Assembly: GCA_963762565.1 (NCBI GenBank) | Contig: CAVXLD010000003.1 | Coordinates: 385,538 to 449,537 of the forward strand | Reading direction: 5' to 3' | Length of the DNA: 64,000 bases | DNA from: an uncultured Verrucomicrobiae bacterium | Lineage (GTDB): Bacteria > Verrucomicrobiota > Verrucomicrobiia > Chthoniobacterales > JAFAMB01 | In this document: positions 28,555-35,433 of the stretch, one piece after another | How positions within the stretch are numbered: position 1 is the first letter of the stretch | How the letters are laid out: each line of letters starts with the position of its first letter | The notes under the pieces: model-generated | What the model saw: only the letters and a program-made list of their open reading frames with translations | Told to the model about the DNA's origin: nothing | Databases searched by the model: none | Made by a program: the position numbers and the translations under genes

Positions 28555-30042
28555 CTACCGCTCAATCACTATCCCGCTCCGACGCTTTAATTTTCTGTTT
28601 TGGACCTTGGTCTGAGGAAATTCGCGTTTGTCTTTATGAAAATAACAGATCTCGACCAGGGTCGGCCAAATCTCGAGGGCCGCGTGGATCTGGCTCACTA
28701 CGTCATCGACAATGCGGGAGACGTTTTGTTGAAAGAAATCCGGTTCAAATCCGTAAAATGAACGCGCCAAGGTCTCGGCAAAGAGTAGAAGAGCCTGTTT
28801 GCGTTCAGGGATTTTAGTGACGGCGGCCGCTTGCAGGACGCGCGCGTGTACCGCGGAAATGCGCTCCAAAATCTCTTCACTATCCTGCAGGCTTACTTCG
28901 CCCTCGTAGTCAAAGCGGATCGACAAATCATCAACGCTCTCAAGTGAGGACTTAATCTTTTTCTTAAGCAGAGTACATATCTCCTCGTTGAATACATCCA
29001 TCGCTAACGGACTTCGCATGTAGTTGTTCTTAACATGCGTCTGGGCTGCATCGATGTGAGCTGTGACAATACCGTCCTGTTGGATCCATAACCGGTAGAT
29101 GTAGTCTTCGAACCGGAGCCGGGTAGGAAAGAAAGGCGGCAAGCCCAAACGATTATCATAGCCGGCGACGCCGCAATCGATTCGCCAGTTTTTGTTGGTT
29201 ACAGCGGGGCGGAAGTTTTCGAGGACGTAGACCGCGTCGAGCTCATGCAGATCGTTATGCTGCTGGTTCTGGTCATGCAGATACATCTCCAAGTAATCCA
29301 GCGCGTCGATATCGTTGGTGCCGGTGCGAAAGGTTTGAGCAATCTTTACCACCGCGTTTTTGGAGACGGGTCCTCGTTCCAAAAGCAGCGAATTTTCGAT
29401 GGCGAACTCTTTGGTGACATTCGTTTCCAAATCCATCGAAGTATCGATTATCAGGTTACCGGCTTCGAAGTTGTCCGGCACTTCGCTGACCTTTTTGCCG
29501 AGGACATCTTTAAAGGACATCAAGATATCGAATGATTTTTCGATGTAACCGTTATCGCCGTTCTTCTTTAAGTGGCCACGGCTGATTTCATCCGGCCGAA
29601 GCGATTCCGGGCTGCTTTCCACTAGCGCGTAGGGACGCATATCGTCGTCAGCGCTGACCAGGAATGAACCCAAGGTGTAAATAAGAGAAAAGTTACGGTT
29701 GCCGCCGTAACTTGGCCGGAACAGCGTCCGGACCAGGGACTCGAGTTTTCGGTCGCGCAGTTTCTTGTTCAGGAACTTCAAGAACTGCTCTTTCTCTCGA
29801 GGGCCAATGTAATAGAGGTCGTTGACGGTCCTCGTCTTCTCGAGTTTAGGAAAGTATTTTTCGTGATTTGCGAGGCTGGAATCATCGAAGACGAGCATTT
29901 TGACCGAATGGCCGTTGGTCCAAAAATGTTCGTCGTAAGCCTCAATCGTTTCGGGAACATCACGTAAACGGTAAGTCGGTATAGCAAAGACGGTCTCTGG
30001 CAATTTCATTAATGAGAACTGCGATAAATCGCGAAGTGGCAC
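28555..30042 (-). CDS. Orphan GT-A-like protein with RGP/GT75-like motifs, function unknown
   Basis: 495 aa. VFAIPTYR near the N-terminus, acidic SADDDMRP about 95 aa later, then GLPPFFPTRLRFEDYIYRLW. The order resembles plant RGP motifs IPTIR / IDDDC / RYDDMWAGW. A helical C-terminal ~130 aa follows. Looks more AT-rich than its neighbours by eye. Confidence 0.45.
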   Translation of the reverse strand: MPLRDLSQFSLMKLPETVFAIPTYRLRDVPETIEAYDEHFWTNGHSVKMLVFDDSSLANHEKYFPKLEKTRTVNDLYYIGPREKEQFLKFLNKKLRDRKLESLVRTLFRPSYGGNRNFSLIYTLGSFLVSADDDMRPYALVESSPESLRPDEISRGHLKKNGDNGYIEKSFDILMSFKDVLGKKVSEVPDNFEAGNLIIDTSMDLETNVTKEFAIENSLLLERGPVSKNAVVKIAQTFRTGTNDIDALDYLEMYLHDQNQQHNDLHELDAVYVLENFRPAVTNKNWRIDCGVAGYDNRLGLPPFFPTRLRFEDYIYRLWIQQDGIVTAHIDAAQTHVKNNYMRSPLAMDVFNEEICTLLKKKIKSSLESVDDLSIRFDYEGEVSLQDSEEILERISAVHARVLQAAAVTKIPERKQALLLFAETLARSFYGFEPDFFQQNVSRIVDDVVSQIHAALEIWPTLVEICYFHKDKREFPQTKVQNRKLKRRSGIVIER

Positions 30043-30189
30043 TTATAGCGATTTGCGTGCCGGGGGTTTGGGTTGTTAGCGTAAGTCACGTGTATTCAGT
30101 AGATTATGACGAGGTCCTATTTTACGTCGCCGTGTAGTGTTCGCATGATGCGACTCTGACGAGCGTAAAAGATCGCAAAGGGCGAGGCC

Positions 30190-30423
30190 CAAGGGGTCGC
30201 CACCCGTGGAGCGTTGCCTCGCTTGCGAGGCCGTGGTGAGCAGGGCGAATACCTTGTGTGGGCCTGAGCTATATCCTCGCTCTGCAGTGCTCTCGTGGTC
30301 TGATACTGACAAGGAGGCCTATCAAGCAGTTCAGAGCGCGGATCGAGCTCAGTCCTGCTCCAAGTTTCCCCTTGTTCGCCACGGCCTCGCAAGCGAGGCA
30401 GCGCTCCACGGGTGGCGACGCCG
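30190..30423. repeat. R2 inverted pair
   Basis: aaggggtcgccacccgtggagcgttgcctcgcttgcgaggccgtggtgagcaggg (reverse orientation). Faces cttgttcgccacggcctcgcaagcgaggcagcgctccacgggtggcgacgcc about 130 bp away. Confidence 0.75.
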
Positions 30424-30432
30424 CTCAGAGTA

Positions 30433-30837
30433 TCATCTAGCGAGCCAGTTTTCGACCTTCAAACCTGGCACCTTCTTCAATTCCTTGACGTTTCCCGTAA
30501 CCAGGATTCCTTTCTCGGCGAGGACGGTGGCTGCTACCAAGTAATCGTTTGCGCCAATCGGCTGGCCCTTACTTTCCAGCAATGCTCGTACGCGGCCATA
30601 TTGGGCGGCTGCATTGTGATCAAATGATGCGATTTGGAATGATCCAACGAATTGTTGTACGGCCGAGGCCTGGTGTCGTGACGATTTAGACTTTTCCAGA
30701 CCAAAGTAAAGCTCGGCCGCGACCATCGCTGGCAGACGGATCGTACTTTTTGGGTACTGCAGTAGACGATCCCGGACGCCGGTGGAAGTGCCCCGTAGGA
30801 ACGCAACACAGATGTCCGTGTCCAGGAAGCGGATCAT
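30433..30837 (-). CDS. vapC: Type II toxin VapC (PIN domain)
   Basis: 134 aa. MIRFLDTDICVAFLRG start with the PIN acidic residues (D6/D8 region, E in AAELYFGLEK, D in ANDYLVAAT). Starts 6 nt downstream of the antitoxin gene stop. Confidence 0.85.
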   Translation of the reverse strand: MIRFLDTDICVAFLRGTSTGVRDRLLQYPKSTIRLPAMVAAELYFGLEKSKSSRHQASAVQQFVGSFQIASFDHNAAAQYGRVRALLESKGQPIGANDYLVAATVLAEKGILVTGNVKELKKVPGLKVENWLAR

Positions 30838-30843
30838 CGGTCT

Positions 30844-31062
30844 CTACCATTTGACGGGTTCAGGCTTCACTCGTTTCGGCGCAACAAATTTGTCATTGTC
30901 AAACGAGCCGAAAAGCTCGGCGAATCCGGGGGGCCATTTTCCCTCGGGAGCGGTCTGAATGATTTCCCGCAGCCAAGCAGACAAAGATTTTCCCGTGCGG
31001 CTCGCTGCCGTACGGGCTTTCTTTTCCGTTTCTTTGTCCAGATAAATGGTAACCTGAGCCAT
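30844..31062 (-). CDS. vapB: VapB-type antitoxin (RHH/CopG-like)
   Basis: 72 aa. MAQVTIYLDKETEKKARTAASRTGKSLSAWLREII is a ribbon-helix-helix-like N-terminus. Sits immediately upstream of the PIN toxin gene. Confidence 0.7.
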   Translation of the reverse strand: MAQVTIYLDKETEKKARTAASRTGKSLSAWLREIIQTAPEGKWPPGFAELFGSFDNDKFVAPKRVKPEPVKW

Positions 31063-31156
31063 GTAATATAATTGGGCTTATATGTGGTGAATGCAAGCGG
31101 CTTCTGGATTGCCTGAGCTCGGTGTCCGATAAGACGAAAATCCCGAGGACAATTGT

Positions 31157-32221
31157 TTAGCCTCGCGGCGCCAATTCTGCTAACAACTTCTCGTACCGCG
31201 GATCCTGCCCGAGAGGCTCCCAATAGGGGTCACGCTTCAATGTGCCATAGTTTAGCTCCCCTGGTACCTTGGCCAAAGAATTCAGCGTCTCAAAGGCAAG
31301 GTCTAACTCGTTAGTCCAACCATAAACAACGGCCAAATTCAACTCGATCAAGGAGCCATCTAACGCGTCCTTGGAGATTGGCAACATTTCGACCGCGCGT
31401 TTTGCTTCTGCGATGGCGGTTTTTTTGTTATTGAGCAGGGCGTCAACTACTGCTAACTGGCTGAGCAAATCGGCCCTTCCAGGGGACTTTTGGACCTTTT
31501 GATTTAACTGTTCTCTCGCTCCGGCGAAGCTCGCATCTGCGCTGATTGGTTCTCTTTGAAGCCGGGCGAGCAAGATGGAATAACAGTCAACTGGAACCGT
31601 GCTCCCTGCGTAAGCGAAATCGGTTTCATCGTCGCCGCCATTCATCTTTGTGATGAATTCTTTTGTTCGCACCCAATCACGATCAACGAGGGCAAACATG
31701 AGTTGCAAGTTGATCGCAGCTCGATCGTCTGCCATCGACGCCGGGAACGCTGCGATCACCGTCCAGAAAGCCGAGTCATCCCCGGTCTCATAATAGTTTA
31801 CATATAATGCCTTTGCCGTCTTAAGGAGCGGCTCGTCCGGCCTGAGCTCGATCAGGCGGTCGAACATCTGCTCGGCGTCACGAAACTGGCGCGTGTAAGA
31901 AAAAGTGAACGCGAGCTTTTGAACGAAAGTTGAATTACGTGGGTCCCGGGTGATGGCGTCTTTAAGCTCCTGGATCGCTTTTTCCCATTGTCCTTGGCGG
32001 CGATCAATGTCGGCCTCGAGCGCTATGGCCACGGCGTCGTTCGGGAGGCCGCGTCGGGCGATAGAGAGTTGTTCCCGTGCCCGCTCATAGTCGAGATCGA
32101 TGCGGTCGATGTGGTGGGCGTAGGTGAGATGAACCTCGGGTAGGTCCGGTTCTAAGGCTAGCGCGCGGCTAAGGGCTGCCTCTGCCAAGGCGCGCCGTTC
32201 CGGCGTCGGATCGTAATTCAC
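31157..32221 (-). pseudogene. TPR-repeat C-terminal portion of the upstream TIR-TM gene, separated by an out-of-frame deletion
   Basis: This frame stays open upstream of the listed start and reads ...KKSGTAIQLDPKFTLAYCRIAYAQDQLYVNYDPTPE..., the usual start of the TPR module in TIR-TM-TPR proteins. It overlaps the end of the TIR ORF in a different frame. Confidence 0.55.
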
Positions 32222-32276
32222 ATAAAGTTGGTCTTGCGCGTACGCAATTCGGCAATAGGCCAGCGTGAACTTTGGA

Positions 32277-33302
32277 TCAAGCTGGATGGCTGTTCCGCTT
32301 TTCTTCCGGCGAAAGGGTTGCCGCCAGTTTAGTAGCGATGGTTTGAGCTACCTCGCTCTGGATCGCGAAGATATCGGTAAGATCCCGATCAAAACTATCC
32401 GCCCAAATGGTTTTATCCTGGAGAGCATCAACCAACTCGGTGCTGATCCGGACCCGGTTAGCATTGCGGCGAACGGTTCCTTCTAAGATATTGGCGACAC
32501 CGAGGGCGTTGGCGACCTGGCGGAGATCGCGCTTTTGGCCGGCGCGATATTGCATGACCGAGGTTCGGCTGATAACGGTGAGTTGGGCGACCTTAGCCAC
32601 ATCGTTCAGGATCTCATCCTGGACGCCGTCGGCGAAATAAGTGTCTTCTTTGTTTTCGCTGAGGCTTTCGAAAGGGAGGACCGCAATGCTCTTTGGCGAA
32701 ATGTTGGTAGCCGTAGGGAGCGGGTTCGATTGATTCGGTTTACGGTGGTTCGTCGTAAAGAACCAGACGCCGGCAGCGATAATAGCGGCGGCAACAATTA
32801 GGCCAATCGGGGAAAGCCACCGGTTCCTTTTTGGGGCTGGGATAGGCCCAGGCTTGGGTCTATCGGTTAGAGAGGATTCCTGCGGCGGCGTTTGCCGTCC
32901 ACTATTCAGCAAAGCTTTTACTCTTTCGGTTAGAACCGGAAGATGTTGCTCCACCGGCGGCTTGGTCGCGTCCAGCCAATGCACGGACTCCAAGAAATAT
33001 CCCAAACTATCGCGCGGCTCGATCGCTTCAGTGCGAAACGGGATCACCGGTAAGTGCAAAGAGAATGCCTTGCCCACTTCCCGGCGGACATGATCTGAAT
33101 TATTTGCGTTGCCGGAGAACACCAGCACGAAAATTCGGGAACTGGCAATGCCGCGCATAATGCCTTCGGTCCAATCGGCTCCTGGTTCGATATCGCGCGG
33201 AGCGATCCAACAGGGCACTCCCTTTGATTCAAGGTGTTGGCGGATCGCATCAGCGATCTCTTGGTCCTTGCTGGAGTGGCTGATGAAGACCTTGCCGGGC
33301 AT
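32277..33302 (-). CDS. TIR-domain protein with TM anchor and TolB-N-like periplasmic domain (truncated form)
   Basis: 341 aa. TIR_2-type N-terminus (KVFISHSSKDQEIADAIRQHLESKGVPCWIAPRDI...SDHVRREVGKA). TM segment WLSPIGLIVAAAIIAAGVWFF, then SIAVLPFESLSENKEDTYFADGVQDEILNDV. Confidence 0.8.
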   Translation of the reverse strand: MPGKVFISHSSKDQEIADAIRQHLESKGVPCWIAPRDIEPGADWTEGIMRGIASSRIFVLVFSGNANNSDHVRREVGKAFSLHLPVIPFRTEAIEPRDSLGYFLESVHWLDATKPPVEQHLPVLTERVKALLNSGRQTPPQESSLTDRPKPGPIPAPKRNRWLSPIGLIVAAAIIAAGVWFFTTNHRKPNQSNPLPTATNISPKSIAVLPFESLSENKEDTYFADGVQDEILNDVAKVAQLTVISRTSVMQYRAGQKRDLRQVANALGVANILEGTVRRNANRVRISTELVDALQDKTIWADSFDRDLTDIFAIQSEVAQTIATKLAATLSPEEKRNSHPA

Positions 33303-33446
33303 TGCCAGGGGTGTTTTAGCTGTTTCGTCTGTAAATGGCGAGCGGAACTAGAATCGGACGGGGCGCCGTCAGGATCTAGCGAGACAAATGACGATTCCGT
33401 TGTCATTTGCGTCATTTGGTCGACTTTGACGCTTGAAGAACCCACG

Positions 33447-33641
33447 ATGGCGCCACGTGCAACAGAAGAAAAGATCCGCGAAGTTGGCCGGGTGAGGGAG
33501 GATCATTGGGAGCGATTTGATCGCTTGCAGCGCAACCTGCGACCGTTTTTGCGCGGAAAACCGAAACCGGCGCCGGTTGAACGGTTTCGTTCTTACGCCG
33601 ATCTAGAGCATGGCCGAAGCGACTCGTCCCCCCGAAGGTAG
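33447..33641 (+). CDS. Small ORF upstream of and overlapping the nucleotidyltransferase-fold gene (possible N-terminal part of it)
   Basis: 64 codons from ATG 33447. Overlaps the next ORF by 32 nt. Removing one C from the C6 run at 33628-33633 would fuse the two frames. Confidence 0.4.
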   Translation: MAPRATEEKIREVGRVREDHWERFDRLQRNLRPFLRGKPKPAPVERFRSYADLEHGRSDSSPRR

Positions 33642-34080
33642 CGATCTGGTACGGCTCTGCGCTGAGCTCAACCGGCTTCAGGCGAAGTATATCGTCATTG
33701 GCGGATTAGCCATGAACGAGCTCGGACTCGTTCGGGTAACCGAAGACATCGATTTATTAGTCGAACCTTCCATCGAAAATCAGCAACTCGTTCGTCAAGC
33801 GCTCCGGATTTTGCCGGAGCGCGCCATTGACGAACTGGGGCCGGAAGAAGATCTGCGAGACTGGGTGGTGGTCCGGGTGAATGACGAGGTTACGGTTGAC
33901 CTCATGACAATGGCCTGCGGTGTGACTTACACCGATGGGAAAGACGATGTCACCTTCCGCACGATCGGTGGAGTTGAAATCCCGTTTGCGAATCGCGGTC
34001 TCATGATTCGGCTGAAGCAAGGGGATCGCGAAAAAGATCGAATCGATCTCGAATATCTACTTCGGAAGCCCGCGCGGTGA
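33610..34080 (+). CDS. Nucleotidyltransferase-fold protein (AbiEii/DUF6036-like, possible toxin-antitoxin component)
   Basis: 156 aa. YIVIGGLAMNELGLVRVTEDIDLLVEP matches the GG...G..R.T.DIDLLV NTase signature as I recall it. Confidence 0.55.
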   Translation: MAEATRPPEGSDLVRLCAELNRLQAKYIVIGGLAMNELGLVRVTEDIDLLVEPSIENQQLVRQALRILPERAIDELGPEEDLRDWVVVRVNDEVTVDLMTMACGVTYTDGKDDVTFRTIGGVEIPFANRGLMIRLKQGDREKDRIDLEYLLRKPAR

Positions 34081-34150
34081 TTCGCCGTAAAAAACCAGAC
34101 GCCGGCGGCAAACGCGGCTGCAATAATCAGACCAATCGCGGAAAGCCAGA
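34078..34150 (-). pseudogene. About 73-bp fragment paralogous to the TM-segment region of the TIR gene
   Basis: About 80 percent identical by eye to 32745-32820. Encodes WLSAIGLIIAAAFAAGVWFFTANHR, compared with WLSPIGLIVAAAIIAAGVWFFTTNHR in the TIR gene. No flanking TIR or periplasmic domain. Confidence 0.6.
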
Positions 34151-34441
34151 CTTCCGTCGAGCTGGCCGACGCTGTCGGTGACCAATCTTCGGGTTGGCAA
34201 TGGAACCATTGCGGTGAGCGCGAGCCAGAATGGGAGTCAATATACCACAACGTTGTCCGGGCCGGCCGGGTACAATGTCCAACTTGGCTACGTGATACCG
34301 GCTGGCACTAAACCGACATCGGTCACACTTGGTGGGACGGCGGTGAAATACCAGATCATCACGACGTCTCGGGGTAACGAAGTGGTTGTGCGGGTTCCAT
34401 CGGGACCGAACCTAGCGTTGGTCGTGACGGCTGGCAGTTAG
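34142..34441 (+). pseudogene. C-terminal beta-sandwich-like fragment (possibly from a glycoside hydrolase)
   Basis: Open frame with no plausible N-terminal domain. ...TLSVTNLRVGNGTIAVSASQNGSQYTTTLSGPAGYNVQLGYVIPAGTKPTSVTLGGTAVKYQIITTSRGNEVVVRVPSG... reads like a terminal Ig/beta-sandwich module. Confidence 0.3.
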
Positions 34442-34484
34442 GGGGTTGGCCGTTAGCGGTCGCAGCCGTGACGGCCAAGCGCTC

Positions 34485-34557
34485 GGAGGGGAGCCGCTTT
34501 GTAGTGCAGCAGTTCTGTAAGCATTTAAACAAGCGGCTCCCGCGAAAAACCCAGCGT
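34485..34557 (+). repeat. R3-family hairpin element, short variant
   Basis: ggaggggagccgctttgtagtgcagcagttctgtaagcatttaaacaagcggctcccgcgaaaaacccagcgt. Shares both flanks with the copy at 53021-53101 but lacks the gccaccgaaagccttcgggg insert. Confidence 0.65.
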
Positions 34558-34611
34558 CCGACCGCAGCGGTTGGTTTAAGCGGTTTGCTGTTTGCAATTG
34601 GCTTCCGGCCG

Positions 34612-34761
34612 TCAGCGATAGGTATCGCTTGGCGTCGCGTTTGAATTCATCGGGGCGCCCATGAATCCGGTATTCCAGCCTGAGTCGTCGGCGCAGCCGG
34701 CGAGCGAAACCAGCGCACCCAAACCCAAAACGGCTGCGACCAATAGGAGATGACCCTTCAT
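34612..34761 (-). CDS. Small putative lipoprotein (49 aa), below the ORF-track cutoff
   Basis: ATG at 34761. MKGHLLLVAAVLGLGALVSLAGCADDSGWNTGFMGAPMNSNATPSDTYR, stop at 34612-34614. Textbook signal peptide plus LAGC lipobox. Confidence 0.5.
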   Translation of the reverse strand: MKGHLLLVAAVLGLGALVSLAGCADDSGWNTGFMGAPMNSNATPSDTYR

Positions 34762-34876
34762 AGGGCAATCATTCATGCCTGTTTTTTCGAGTCAAATGTT
34801 CCTCGACCGACGGCTCCAATACGTTTCAGGCGGCATTCAAAGCGAGGGGTAGCTGGTTTCGAGAATAAAGGCGAAG

Positions 34877-34914
34877 CCGTGGAGCGCTGCCTCGCTTGCG
34901 AGGCCGTGGTGAGC
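34877..34914 (-). repeat. R2 unit (left arm of an inverted pair whose right arm is the 43-bp array)
   Basis: ccgtggagcgctgcctcgcttgcgaggccgtggtgagc is the reverse complement of the R2 consensus. Confidence 0.75.
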
Positions 34915-35080
34915 GGGGGGGCAATCATATGATGCCCTTTCCCCTGGCAGGCTCTATCGTTTGCCACGAGAAACGAACTAACTATTGCGGGACGCAGTTC
35001 TTGCAGATGGGTAGCGATCCAAAACAAACGGGATACAGAACCTAGAAAGGGACGGCGTGGGTAACGTGATGTCTCTCTGC

Positions 35081-35375
35081 TCACCACGGCCTCGCAAGCG
35101 AGGCAACGCTCCACGGGTGGCGACCCCTTCGGCCTCGCAAGCGAGGCAACGCTCCACGGGTGGCGACCCCTTCGGCCTCGCAAGCGAGGCAACGCTCCAC
35201 GGGTGGCGACCCCTTCGGCCTCGCAAGCGAGGCAGCGCTCCACGGGTGGCGACCCCTTCGGCCTCGCAAGCGAGGCAACGCTCCACGGGTGGCGACCCCT
35301 TCGGCCTCGCAAGCGAGGCAACGCTCCATGGGGGGCGACCCCTTCGGCCTCGCGAGCGAAGGGGCGCTGCATAAA
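35081..35375 (+). repeat. 43-bp tandem repeat x about 6.5 (R2 unit amplified)
   Basis: GGCCTCGCAAGCGAGG starts at 35088, 35131, 35174, 35217, 35260, 35303 and 35346 (degenerate). Unit is ggcctcgcaagcgaggcaacgctccacgggtggcgaccccttc. Ends about 60 nt before the malic enzyme ATG. Confidence 0.95.
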
Positions 35376-35433
35376 TCGAGATGACAAAATCTGGCTCAAT
35401 GCCGACTTTGATCGCGAACCCCCGAGACTAACT

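Noticed and set aside
27828-28565. 245-aa minus-strand ORF with 64-aa internal repeats spanning the tandem array
   Set aside because: It coincides exactly with the 192-bp DNA repeat. It is Arg-rich and low complexity, and short ORFs are open in the other frames as well. It is best explained as a by-product of a stop-free GC-rich repeat, not a repeat protein.
35081-35375. Possible CRISPR array (also considered for 27841-28533)
   Set aside because: The units are contiguous with no unique spacers between repeats, and no cas genes are present in the window.
35203-35433. 77-codon N-terminal extension of the malic enzyme ORF (and overlapping ORFs 34773-35399, 34978-35286, 35057-35384)
   Set aside because: All lie in the 43-bp tandem array, whose period is not a multiple of 3, so every frame reads the same peptide motifs. 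The conserved malic enzyme N-terminus begins at the Met at 35434.
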